Source of the DNA: a candidate division WWE3 bacterium UBA1379
Lineage (GTDB): Bacteria; Patescibacteriota; WWE3; UBA101185; UBA10185
Direction: 5' to 3'
Assembly (NCBI GenBank): GCA_002305475.1
Contig: DBRB01000003.1
Span: 111,844-175,843, forward strand
DNA: 64,000 nucleotides
Under the pieces are notes generated by a model that had not been told where the DNA came from, ran no database searches, and saw nothing but the letters and a program-made list of their open reading frames with translations. Below are positions 48,998 through 58,060 of the stretch, one piece after another. A program made the position numbers and the translations under genes. Each line of letters begins with the position of its first letter. Position 1 is the first letter of the stretch.

Positions 48998-49781
48998 ACC
49001 GGTGAAAATCGTCAGCTGGAATGTTAACGGTATACGGTCTGCCTATTTTTCAGGTCTAGGTGAATATATTAAGTCTTATCAACCCGATATCCTATGTCTG
49101 CAGGAAATAAAAGCCAATGAAAACGATATTCCAGATGAAATCAGAAATCCCGCAGGGTATCGGTCATACTTTAATTCTGCAATAAAAAAAGGATATGCAG
49201 GAACTGCACTTTACTATAAGGACAATATTTCAAAATCTGTGGATATTAAAACGGATATTGGATTTGATGACTTTGATAAATCGGGAAGGATAATTCGAGT
49301 GGATTTTAGGGATTTTACGCTGATTAACGTATACATGCCCCACGGAGGAAGATTTAAAGAAAAGCTTGGATTTAAAATAGAGAGTTATCAGAATCTTTTT
49401 AAATATCTATCAAAAATAAATAGACAAAACGTAATTCTGGTTGGAGATTTTAATATTGCTCACAGCGAGATAGATTTAGCAAGACCAAAACAAAATATAA
49501 ATAACATTATGTTTACTAGGCAAGAAAGAGATATGCTTGATGAATTGATAGGCTTAGGATATACGGATGTATTCAGGAAATATTGTTCTGTACCTGGATA
49601 TTATACCTGGTGGTCGTATGCTCATGATGCAAGAATAAAAAACATTGGCTGGAGAATAGATTATATCTTTGCGTGCGGACAAATATTGAATCAGGTTAAA
49701 TCAATAAATATACTAAAGAGTGTGACTGGATCGGATCACTGTCCTGTGATGTTAGAACTATCTGATGACTACGGTATTTAG
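48981..49781 (+). CDS. xth: exodeoxyribonuclease III (AP endonuclease, EEP fold)
   Basis: The motifs VKIVSWNVNGIRS, ILCLQEIKA, VGDFNIAH and SDHCPV are present. Confidence 0.85.
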   Translation: MHLLNKPVKIVSWNVNGIRSAYFSGLGEYIKSYQPDILCLQEIKANENDIPDEIRNPAGYRSYFNSAIKKGYAGTALYYKDNISKSVDIKTDIGFDDFDKSGRIIRVDFRDFTLINVYMPHGGRFKEKLGFKIESYQNLFKYLSKINRQNVILVGDFNIAHSEIDLARPKQNINNIMFTRQERDMLDELIGLGYTDVFRKYCSVPGYYTWWSYAHDARIKNIGWRIDYIFACGQILNQVKSINILKSVTGSDHCPVMLELSDDYGI

Positions 49782-50714
49782 AATGGTATTAAAAATATCC
49801 TGATTCAGTTCTGAATTTACGGAATTATTATCAATATACCCCCCGAATATTATAGTATTGTCCGAAGTGGCGAATATATATCTGTATTCTATAGTACCGT
49901 CCGGAAATTCCCATGGTTTCTGATTCACATACACCATGGCATTTCTTCCGTTTATATTCACATTTGATTTCCTCTCATACATATACCAGTCATCCTGTTG
50001 AGTGTTGTCACTGACGGATCTGATTTGTCCGACAGGTATTCTTGTCAGTTTTTTGTGTATTTCAGAATTGTAGTTATAGATATCGGATGACTGTTCAGGA
50101 TATCCTGTGGGAATTACTGAGATATAAACAAAACTTGTTTTTATGGCTGAAGGAGTTGTTTCCATTGGTCCTGCCATGAAGCTGTTTTTTCCGTTTGTTG
50201 TGATTTCAAATTTTTCGGGAACTGAAAAACTGATGCCTAATGATTCATCCTTATAACTTTTCCATCCCTGTTTGGTTTGTATGTTAATCGGTGTGTTTGC
50301 GTCCTGGACTACTATAGTTCCTTCCATACCCATCTGTCTGTGATTACCAACGCTACAGTAAAAAGTGTATGTCCCGGGTTTTACTGCAAACTCAAACTCC
50401 GTCCCGTCTTCCATTGGTTGCCTGATATCAAGTTCATCAATCACAAAATCATGAAACCCTCCGCTATTGGTAACTCTTACTTTGACTGTGCCGGCATTGA
50501 CAACAATTTGGGCAGGTCTGAAGTAAAAATTACCTGCTTCAAGTTCTATAGTTGTTACATTACTCTGTTCTTCGGATAGTGGGTCAATTGTATTTGATTG
50601 GGGAGAACTAGTGTTGTTTGTGTTATTTGATCTTAAAGAAATTGCATAAATCAGACCGGCAAATAATAATAAGGGAACTAAAATTACAATAAATTTAGTA
50701 TTTTTGATCTGCAT
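49758..50714 (-). CDS. membrane-anchored type-1 copper protein (plastocyanin/amicyanin-like cupredoxin) with an uncharacterised C-terminal domain
   Basis: The copper ligands are in place: His in GGFHDF, then Cys-x4-His-x2-Met in YCSVGNHRQMGM. An N-terminal TM anchor and a Ser/Thr/Asn-rich linker are present. Confidence 0.7.
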   Translation of the reverse strand: MQIKNTKFIVILVPLLLFAGLIYAISLRSNNTNNTSSPQSNTIDPLSEEQSNVTTIELEAGNFYFRPAQIVVNAGTVKVRVTNSGGFHDFVIDELDIRQPMEDGTEFEFAVKPGTYTFYCSVGNHRQMGMEGTIVVQDANTPINIQTKQGWKSYKDESLGISFSVPEKFEITTNGKNSFMAGPMETTPSAIKTSFVYISVIPTGYPEQSSDIYNYNSEIHKKLTRIPVGQIRSVSDNTQQDDWYMYERKSNVNINGRNAMVYVNQKPWEFPDGTIEYRYIFATSDNTIIFGGYIDNNSVNSELNQDIFNTILNTVVIR

Positions 50715-50819
50715 ATAAACATACTATCAGACATATTTATATGTGTGAATATCATTCATACGAAATATTTACAGTAAATATACGGATATAAAAAGGAGAA
50801 ATAGAATGTGTATTCAGAA

Positions 50820-51527
50820 TTAGTCCTCTGATTCGTCAAGTTTAGTAAATACCACTAGTCGGTCAGTATAATCTTCGAAATGTTCATCAAAAGCACCGGT
50901 ACAGGTAATTAAATTTAGATAAGCTTCATTTGAACTACCGAATATGGTATTGATAGGAAATCCTCTTTCGCTATAGACACTTACTTTATATACCTTAAAA
51001 GTACGGTTATTTCCTAGATTATCCGTAACTATCACCTCATCTCCTGTTCTTAACTCATGAAGTCTGCTGAATATTGCCGGTCCGGTTTTAGTATCAAGAT
51101 GACCTGCAATCACAGAATTGCCATTTTCTCCCGGTAATGCCCCATATTTATACCACCCGGTATTAAAGGGATCTACCGGTACATCCATATTTCCCACCGG
51201 ATCAAGACCCACATGTTCCACCAGTGTATTTACTTTTATTTTGGGTATAGATATCCGTGCAGGAGTACCCGGTTTGTTTTCTGTAATTACATCCTCAATA
51301 TCAGAAAAATCTCTATCATCTCTGATAACTTCTTTTTGCTGATCTTCATTTTGACGATTAGGTGTGATTTGAGGAATATCGGAAATTTTTGTGATAACTG
51401 CCTGATCGTATATCTTTTTGGTCTGCAATGCATCTGAAACCTTTGTATAAATAAATCCGCCTAAAAGGAGATTCAGCACTAATAACAGGGGTATTAGAAT
51501 GTCATTTACTCTTTTGTTTTTTAGCAT
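50820..51527 (-). CDS. sortase-family transpeptidase
   Basis: An N-terminal TM is present. The catalytic His is in SVIAGHLDT, the TLxTC-type catalytic Cys is in LNLITCTG, and a downstream Arg is present (DRLVVF). Confidence 0.7.
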   Translation of the reverse strand: MLKNKRVNDILIPLLLVLNLLLGGFIYTKVSDALQTKKIYDQAVITKISDIPQITPNRQNEDQQKEVIRDDRDFSDIEDVITENKPGTPARISIPKIKVNTLVEHVGLDPVGNMDVPVDPFNTGWYKYGALPGENGNSVIAGHLDTKTGPAIFSRLHELRTGDEVIVTDNLGNNRTFKVYKVSVYSERGFPINTIFGSSNEAYLNLITCTGAFDEHFEDYTDRLVVFTKLDESED

Positions 51528-51668
51528 ATCTTTTACAGGTCTTTGATGGTTTATTTAAAAACCACCGCATTCTACTAATCAGATAGAAGCGGATCAAGCG
51601 ATAATAATTATCTCAAGTTATACAAATATCATAATGTCCGGTTTAAAACATTACATTTTGGTAAAAGG

Positions 51669-51700
51669 AACTACCTAGGCAACGTACCTAGGTAGCTCGG
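51669..51700 (-). terminator. stem-loop between the small secreted-protein gene and the sortase gene; a possible terminator or attenuator
   Basis: It is a perfect 9-bp inverted repeat CTACCTAGG-caacgta-CCTAGGTAG. On the minus strand it is followed by CCTTTTACC, a short T-run. Confidence 0.35.
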
Positions 51701-51748
51701 TATCTAAGAAATATTATTAATATTAATCATATTCATCAAACTGTTTAA

Positions 51749-51991
51749 TTATTTGTATAATCCGCCCATACCAGTTCTCGGAGCTCCCTCAGGTGTAGGA
51801 GATGGTGTGGGAGTCGGAGAAGGTGTTGGTGTGGCTTCCTGTGCCTGTATGATTTGATTTTCAGTCGTAGTAATTACATAACCGTCATTTGCCAGAGCAA
51901 TTGCCGATCCTGTCAGGCCCATCATCAGTACTGATAATCCTAAGATTATTGATTTTTTAACCATATCTATCACCCCCTTTGATATGCTCAA
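51749..51991 (-). CDS. small secreted Pro/Thr/Ser-rich protein (hypothetical) upstream of the sortase
   Basis: The signal peptide is KKSIILGLSVLMMGLTGSAIALA. The mature part of about 50 aa contains the TPTPSPTPTPSPTPEGAPRTGMGGLYK repeat. There is no LPXTG plus TM sorting signal. Confidence 0.45.
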   Translation of the reverse strand: MSISKGVIDMVKKSIILGLSVLMMGLTGSAIALANDGYVITTTENQIIQAQEATPTPSPTPTPSPTPEGAPRTGMGGLYK

Positions 51992-52028
51992 TAATGAAAT
52001 ATTGACATTATTTTTGGATTAGAATGTT

Positions 52029-52934
52029 TTAAGATTTGGGTAAACTTAGGTTTCTCTTTTTTATTAATTCAGCAGCCTTTTTAACTTTTCCCATGACCAC
52101 CAGACTACAATAAGGGTTATTCGGATTGTTTTCATAAAAATTCATGTGATAATCTTCTGCCTGATAAAACACCATATAAGGTATAACTTGGGTTACTGCC
52201 ATTATTCCGGTATTTTTTAATACTTCTATATATCTCTTGGTTTTTTGTTCCTGTTCTATAGTTGTAAATAATATTATAGAACGGTATTGTTCTCCTACAT
52301 CATTACCTTGTCTGTTTAGGGTTGTCGGATCATGAATTTCAAAAAATATTTGAAGCAGATCATCAAAAGTCACTATAACGTTGTTAAATTCTATCCGTAC
52401 TACTTCCGCATGATGAGTGTTTCCTTCGGATACATCCTCATACGAAGGATTATCTTTTGATCCTCCGGAATAACCGGATATTACACTGATAACTCCCGGA
52501 ATTAGTTTAAAGACAGCTTCAGTGCACCAGAAACATCCCCCTCCGAAATATGCAACCTCAATATTTCCTTCATTAGATTTTGGTATAAATTTGATTGATA
52601 GTGAATTGACACAATGGCGGGTATCTTTTTCCGTCATTTTTTCCCCCTCAAATACATGTCCTAAATGACCCTTGCAGTTTGAACAAATTATTTCTGTTCT
52701 TATTCCGTCAGAGTCAGGTTTTCTTACCACGGATCCGGGAAAATGTTCATCAAAACTTGGCCATCCGCATCCGGAATTAAATTTGGCTTCAGCTGAAAAC
52801 AGCGGTTGGGAACATTGTCTGCAGTAAAACACCCCATCTTTAAACATTGAATCATATTCATTCGTAAATGGATTCTCGGTTTTCTTATTTATTATCACCT
52901 GTTTTTCTTCTTTAGTAAGCGGATTTTTAATCAT
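52029..52934 (-). CDS. msrBA: bifunctional peptide-methionine sulfoxide reductase with an N-terminal MsrB and a C-terminal MsrA
   Basis: The MsrB part has the Zn site CRQC...CSNC and RTEIICSNCKGHLGHVF. The MsrA part has the active site GGGCFWC. Confidence 0.9.
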   Translation of the reverse strand: MIKNPLTKEEKQVIINKKTENPFTNEYDSMFKDGVFYCRQCSQPLFSAEAKFNSGCGWPSFDEHFPGSVVRKPDSDGIRTEIICSNCKGHLGHVFEGEKMTEKDTRHCVNSLSIKFIPKSNEGNIEVAYFGGGCFWCTEAVFKLIPGVISVISGYSGGSKDNPSYEDVSEGNTHHAEVVRIEFNNVIVTFDDLLQIFFEIHDPTTLNRQGNDVGEQYRSIILFTTIEQEQKTKRYIEVLKNTGIMAVTQVIPYMVFYQAEDYHMNFYENNPNNPYCSLVVMGKVKKAAELIKKRNLSLPKS

Positions 52935-54067
52935 AAATTATTAGGATTAACCTTAATTAATTTGTCATCATTATCTCTTGCCTGTCCTCTGCCGTCTCTG
53001 TTGCTTGTAGTCAGATAAAATTGGTTGTTGGGTCCTATCTTCAGACCTCTTAATCTTCCGAATGTATTATCAAGATGAACCGTAAATTCACTGACATTGT
53101 TGTTTTGTATACGTGCTTCATAAAGAGCAGTACCACGTAACCCGGTAAAATAGATGGATCCGTTGAAATAGACGGTAGAACCGGGGGCCCATGTGTCGGA
53201 TGCCCCAGAATGGATTACGGGAGGAATCATTCCTTCGCGGGTCTGATCTCCGCGTATAATCGGCCATCCGTAATTACCTCCCTTAGTAATCAGATTTAAT
53301 TCGTCAAATCCTGACTGGCTGCCTGACGGACCGTGTTCCGTTTCCCAGAGATTACCATTTTCGTCCCAGGTAAGACCCTGTGGATTTCTATGCCCGTATG
53401 AATATATTGCATTATTAAAGGGATTATCTTCAGGAATACTGCCGTCATCAGCAATTCTTAGGATTTTTCCATTAAGGGATGAGAGATCTTGGGCAAGATT
53501 TTGACTACCAGCATCCCCTGTAGTGATGTATAAGTAACCATCAGGAGCGAACGCCATCTTCCCCCCATCATGATTTGATGCACCTGCGATTCCATCAAGT
53601 ATCACTTCCCTATCAGTCAACCTGTTATCAGTAAGAACATATCTTTCTACTCTGTTTTCCAATCCAGTTTCAGTTCTGACGGTTAAGTATAAATATATAT
53701 ATCTATTGTTTTCAAAATCTGGATGCAGAACCATTCCTAATAGTCCACCCTCTCCTATATGAGCAACGCCATCAATTCTTTGAGAAGTTCTGGTTTCCTG
53801 ATTAATCCTTATCACATTTCCTACTCTTTCGGTAATCAGAAGATCTCCATCAGAAAGAAACACTAATTCCCATGGGATATTCAGATTATCTGCAATTACA
53901 GTTATGGGTTCATTACTTTGTGTAGAGTCATTAGCAGGATTATTAAATACCGTATCTTGGGAAGATGATTGCAAACTATCTATATCTACAGTTTCATTTC
54001 TAATTAAATATAGGGTAATTCCAATAAGTAATGCAATAGGTAAAACTATTAATAATTTATTTCTCAT
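52931..54067 (-). CDS. PQQ-dependent sugar dehydrogenase (soluble glucose/sorbosone dehydrogenase-like), secreted
   Basis: A signal peptide is present. The motifs GLLGMVLHPDF and YSYGHRNPQGLTW match the paralog at 247..1209. Confidence 0.75.
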   Translation of the reverse strand: MRNKLLIVLPIALLIGITLYLIRNETVDIDSLQSSSQDTVFNNPANDSTQSNEPITVIADNLNIPWELVFLSDGDLLITERVGNVIRINQETRTSQRIDGVAHIGEGGLLGMVLHPDFENNRYIYLYLTVRTETGLENRVERYVLTDNRLTDREVILDGIAGASNHDGGKMAFAPDGYLYITTGDAGSQNLAQDLSSLNGKILRIADDGSIPEDNPFNNAIYSYGHRNPQGLTWDENGNLWETEHGPSGSQSGFDELNLITKGGNYGWPIIRGDQTREGMIPPVIHSGASDTWAPGSTVYFNGSIYFTGLRGTALYEARIQNNNVSEFTVHLDNTFGRLRGLKIGPNNQFYLTTSNRDGRGQARDNDDKLIKVNPNNL

Positions 54068-54133
54068 ATCATCATCTTATATAAAAATTGTTAAATATGT
54101 GTTGGATTATGACAGTATGAAAATGTAAAGATT

Positions 54134-54643
54134 TTAATGAATTATATTAATCAAAGAATTCCCAAATGAGAAAGCCGGATTATGTTCAACAATGTAGAAA
54201 TTAAGTAGCACTGAAAAACCAACCCAATACATATAGGGAACCATTAAATATGTAGCGGCTTTGCTGATACCGTTAAATAATAATTCCAAAAATACGATAG
54301 TCGCAAGTAATAAAAGAATATCCAACAAAGCCAGAACCGGACTTCTGAGTACAAAAAACAGAATTGGCCAGAGGATATTTAGTACTAGTTGAACTGCAAA
54401 TAAGCCAAGAACTTTTAACTGATGTTGTGGATCGGTTTTCTGCCAGACGATATAAAGGGATATACCCATCAAAAAGTACAGGAATATCCATATAGGACAA
54501 AAAACCCATTTCTGAGGAGTAAAGTATGGTTTTATAAGTGAGTCATACCAGATTGAAGATGAAGTAGATATGAATATGGCAGCAAACATGCCGATGAGTT
54601 GAGGTATCGTGACTGCGATAGTTAATTTGAGCAGTTTAGTCAT
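54134..54643 (-). CDS. tspO: TspO/MBR (tryptophan-rich sensory protein) family
   Basis: The 169-aa protein has 5 TMs and is Trp-rich. The motif LIKPYFTPQKWVFCPIWIFLYFLMGISLYIVWQ matches the TspO pattern. Confidence 0.7.
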   Translation of the reverse strand: MTKLLKLTIAVTIPQLIGMFAAIFISTSSSIWYDSLIKPYFTPQKWVFCPIWIFLYFLMGISLYIVWQKTDPQHQLKVLGLFAVQLVLNILWPILFFVLRSPVLALLDILLLLATIVFLELLFNGISKAATYLMVPYMYWVGFSVLLNFYIVEHNPAFSFGNSLINIIH

Positions 54644-54770
54644 ACATATTTAGTGTACCACCGCAATATATTAAGTAAATATGGTAATACCTGTATTTTA
54701 ACATTAAATTTCAATTTTTAAATTGTGTCTATAAATGGAGAAGTATATATATAAATGTTATGATTCATAA

Positions 54771-55304
54771 ATGAATAATAAAAGAAAAATTATCCAAATA
54801 ATTTTATTAATAATTATCGGAGGGGTAGCCATATTATTAGTCCGTATGAATACCGGAAACAGTCTTAACCTCCAGAATGTCGAACACAACGATATCCACT
54901 ACCATACCGGTGTAAACATATATATTGATGGTGAATTACAGGATTACTCGAATTCTCAGTATATGTATGCCAGTCCTTGTGATTTAAACCAGAAACAGGA
55001 AACTGATCTTTCTGATCCCAGAGCAAGAGTACATTTACATAATAATATCGGGGATGTAGCTCATGTTCATGCTGAAAATATTGTATGGGGAGATTTCCTG
55101 GAATACCTGAATATTGACGGCGATGATCAGAAAATAGTTGGTTATAACAAAGATGGGGATATTGAAAATATTACTTTGGCACCTATTACACCTGACGACA
55201 GCGTGGTAATTGTTATCGGAGATGCCATGCCAAAGTCTATAACTTTCGTATCTTCCGAGAGAATTATTGAAGCGGAAAAGTCAATTGAAAACTGTGGGAA
55301 GTAA
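54771..55304 (+). CDS. membrane-anchored hypothetical protein
   Basis: An N-terminal TM is present. No motif was recognised. Confidence 0.4.
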   Translation: MNNKRKIIQIILLIIIGGVAILLVRMNTGNSLNLQNVEHNDIHYHTGVNIYIDGELQDYSNSQYMYASPCDLNQKQETDLSDPRARVHLHNNIGDVAHVHAENIVWGDFLEYLNIDGDDQKIVGYNKDGDIENITLAPITPDDSVVIVIGDAMPKSITFVSSERIIEAEKSIENCGK

Positions 55305-55310
55305 TATAAG

Positions 55311-56024
55311 TTAATGACCCTTTGCCTTTAGTATACTTCTTACGGATTTCCATGCGGGATAATGTCGGTCAAGTAAATTATAGAATTTTTTGCTGTGATT
55401 TAGCTCTATCAGATGACAGAATTCATGGATAATCACGTAATCAATACACTTTGGGTCATATTTAATCAGATCTTTATTTATTTTAATAATACCCCGTGCA
55501 GAACACTGTCCCCATTTATTCTTCATGGAACAAATTGATATTTCAGGCACAGACAGGCTGTATTGATTAAACTCTGAAAATATAATAAAAGCTCTCTCAC
55601 TGATTATTTTTCTAGCCTGGTTATAATACCAGTTATATAATAGATGTCTGACCAAAAGCTCATTGTCCGTATTGATACAACTAACAATCAGATTACAGTC
55701 AAAAATTTCTACCAAAGCATTATCTGATTTAACCAATTGTAGTGTGTAGTCTTTGCCTAAATATGGGTGAATTTCTCCTTGTTTAAAGAGTTTGTTATTG
55801 CTTTGTTTTTTCTTAATATACTCAAGTTTATTTCTGATCCATCTTTCTTTTTCCTTAAGTATATTGAAAATAACCTCATCACTGATGTGGTTAGGTGAAG
55901 ATACAACTATTAGATTGATGTCTTTAACCGAAATTCCGATAGTATGTTTCCTCTTAGTTCTCTTGATTTTAATGGAAGCAGTTGTGTCGTTTCCAAGTTT
56001 TATAACGGATGTTTTGTCAGTCAT
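55311..56024 (-). CDS. DUF45/YgjP-like M48-family zinc metallohydrolase
   Basis: The HExxH motif sits in DYVIIHEFCHLIELNHSKKFYNLL, which matches the YgjP signature HElcHL...NHs..Fw. Confidence 0.7.
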   Translation of the reverse strand: MTDKTSVIKLGNDTTASIKIKRTKRKHTIGISVKDINLIVVSSPNHISDEVIFNILKEKERWIRNKLEYIKKKQSNNKLFKQGEIHPYLGKDYTLQLVKSDNALVEIFDCNLIVSCINTDNELLVRHLLYNWYYNQARKIISERAFIIFSEFNQYSLSVPEISICSMKNKWGQCSARGIIKINKDLIKYDPKCIDYVIIHEFCHLIELNHSKKFYNLLDRHYPAWKSVRSILKAKGH

Positions 56025-56433
56025 TACTCATTTTATGGTACAGGTTTTTTACTAATAACGGAGTCAGAAACATAGTAATAAGAAAAAGCAGCCAAATTCT
56101 ACCTTTAAATATGTTGTAATCGTTTAATAACCTTATCCAGGAAGCTCCGTCAATAATGTGACCGAACCCAAACTCAAATATTATAGTCATTAATACCCAC
56201 AATGTGCCTATTTTTATTAATGTAAGACTGCTTAAGTCTTTAACTGTGTTATTGAGAATTAAATAACATAATAAAAAGAATGCTACTGAACCGGTTAGTG
56301 TACTAATCTGATGGGCTGTCAGTTCCCCTACATAATGCTGATAGACTAAATTTCTGATAATTCCATTAAGTATTGCTATAGGTGTGAATAACAGCCAGAT
56401 AATCAATGCTTTTTTATAAACTGTATCGAGCAT
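56017..56433 (-). CDS. small membrane protein (4 TM, hypothetical)
   Basis: The 138-aa ORF has four hydrophobic helices. Its stop overlaps the start of the DUF45 gene. Confidence 0.4.
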   Translation of the reverse strand: MLDTVYKKALIIWLLFTPIAILNGIIRNLVYQHYVGELTAHQISTLTGSVAFFLLCYLILNNTVKDLSSLTLIKIGTLWVLMTIIFEFGFGHIIDGASWIRLLNDYNIFKGRIWLLFLITMFLTPLLVKNLYHKMSND

Positions 56434-56605
56434 ATATTAATTCTATCATGAGAAAAATTGGTCATAGATTGTGTGATTTTGAACATTAATACCACTTTTA
56501 CACGAAATTGAATTCAGGCTTACTTATTATTCGTACTATAAGTAGCACATTGCCTTACCAGTGTGCAGTAATAAAGTTTAATTAATAGGAGGTGAGCCAT
56601 CACTT

Positions 56606-56752
56606 ATGTGCTACGACGAATACTATAGCTACTACGCAAATCAGAAAAGGGAAGCTGCTAAAAAGGAATTAGAAAAGAAAGCAGAACAGAATAAGAAACA
56701 GGAAATCAAAGTAGATATTCCTGTACCGGCTGATTCAGAAGTAAGAAGTTAA
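56606..56752 (+). CDS. unannotated small ORF (48 aa, Lys/Glu-rich)
   Basis: A strong AGGAGG lies 8 nt upstream of the ATG. The translation is MCYDEYYSYYANQKREAAKKELEKKAEQNKKQEIKVDIPVPADSEVRS. It falls below the ORF-track length cutoff. Confidence 0.3.
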   Translation: MCYDEYYSYYANQKREAAKKELEKKAEQNKKQEIKVDIPVPADSEVRS

Positions 56753-56845
56753 AAATGAAAATAAAAACAAATAATAAGTAGATAAGGTCCTGAAAACAAA
56801 TATCGGGGCCTTTTCTACTATAAACTTAGTATTAAAATAGGTTGG

Positions 56846-58060
56846 TTAATATCTGAGGATTGCCGCGAGAGGAGAATCAAGCTGTTTACCGTTCTCAACA
56901 GAGTACACCATACCCCCATTTTTTAATGTATTTATAGCCGTATAGTTAGTTAATTCAGTAATGTTATTATTACTGCCATTATTAATCCGTTCGGCTTTCA
57001 ATAGTCCGTTTTCCATTTTTATATTTACTTTCAGTTCATCCTCCGGCCTGACCAAAAGTGTGTCTACCTGTCCGTAATAGGCTTTATTTAACACTTCTTG
57101 CGAATTTCTGGAAGATTTTTCGTACTCCAGTTTCTGTAGATTTTGGGATATTTCATCATTAATATCCTGCTGTTGGATTTCTTTCATAACTTCCCAAGCT
57201 CTTTTTCCAAGAAGATCAGGATGCAGACTGCGTTTATCAAGTCTCACATATTGATTCAGAATACCTTTAATTTTTGATAGTTTAGAAAATATTGAGTATG
57301 TTTTAATATCCGAAGCTATTAATAGTGGGGTATTTTGTGAAGATATTTTTTGGGATGCCGCGTTATCCACACTAGTGCAAAATCTAATAAGGTTGTCATT
57401 TTTTGCATCAATATATGCCCCGTGTCCGTGATAGATCATTGCACCTGATAAACCTGGTCCGGTTTTTGATGACGTTTTATTCTGGATTGACTTTTCAGGA
57501 TCATCAAATTCCATTATTTCATCCATATTAATAGGCATATCAGGAACATTAATTTCAAAAAGTTTTGCTTCCCTTCCCCTGTATAAAGATACCTGTTTTT
57601 GAGAGAGCAACAACAAATAGTAGTCATAATTGCGGGATAGGATATTAATTAAAGGTTTAATATAGAAAGCACAGTCTTGATGAATCTGATTACCCATTTC
57701 ATCGGATACTGTAAAAACACATTCCTGATTCTTCTCCATCATAATTACCAATGTATCTTGAACGTGTTTCCAGAATTGTTCATCATCAATAAGATGGGCG
57801 AGAAATTTTCTATGATAATCATCAACATCATTTGCGTAATTCTTCAGTTGAATTTTTGCTTCTTCATTCTGGTCCCATACCGGACTTGTCTGAAGATATA
57901 TTGTGGTTGAATCAATGTTGTTTTCGGAAAAATTTTTAGCATATTGAAAAATGAAATCTTTGATATCTGCAGAAGTACTGGTTAATTCCATATATAAAAT
58001 ATGCTCTTGTAATTTATGGGATATATTAAAAGAATGTTTGCGGTTTATCACAGCCCACAT
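56846..58060 (-). CDS. eRF1/Pelota-like (bacterial baeRF-type) release-factor-fold protein
   Basis: The C-terminus GGMVYSVENGKQLDSPLAAILRY matches the eRF1 domain-3 signature (GGIGGILRY). The central glycine-rich segment GPGLSGAMIYHGHGAY is compatible with an RNase-H-like domain 2. No GGQ is present. Confidence 0.45.
   Translation of the reverse strand: MWAVINRKHSFNISHKLQEHILYMELTSTSADIKDFIFQYAKNFSENNIDSTTIYLQTSPVWDQNEEAKIQLKNYANDVDDYHRKFLAHLIDDEQFWKHVQDTLVIMMEKNQECVFTVSDEMGNQIHQDCAFYIKPLINILSRNYDYYLLLLSQKQVSLYRGREAKLFEINVPDMPINMDEIMEFDDPEKSIQNKTSSKTGPGLSGAMIYHGHGAYIDAKNDNLIRFCTSVDNAASQKISSQNTPLLIASDIKTYSIFSKLSKIKGILNQYVRLDKRSLHPDLLGKRAWEVMKEIQQQDINDEISQNLQKLEYEKSSRNSQEVLNKAYYGQVDTLLVRPEDELKVNIKMENGLLKAERINNGSNNNITELTNYTAINTLKNGGMVYSVENGKQLDSPLAAILRY

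Noticed and set aside
49758-51991. LPXTG/LAXTG sortase substrate adjacent to the sortase
   Set aside because: Neither flanking protein has a C-terminal motif with a TM and a basic tail. The PT-rich protein ends ...APRTGMGGLYK without a hydrophobic segment. It is reported only as a curiosity.
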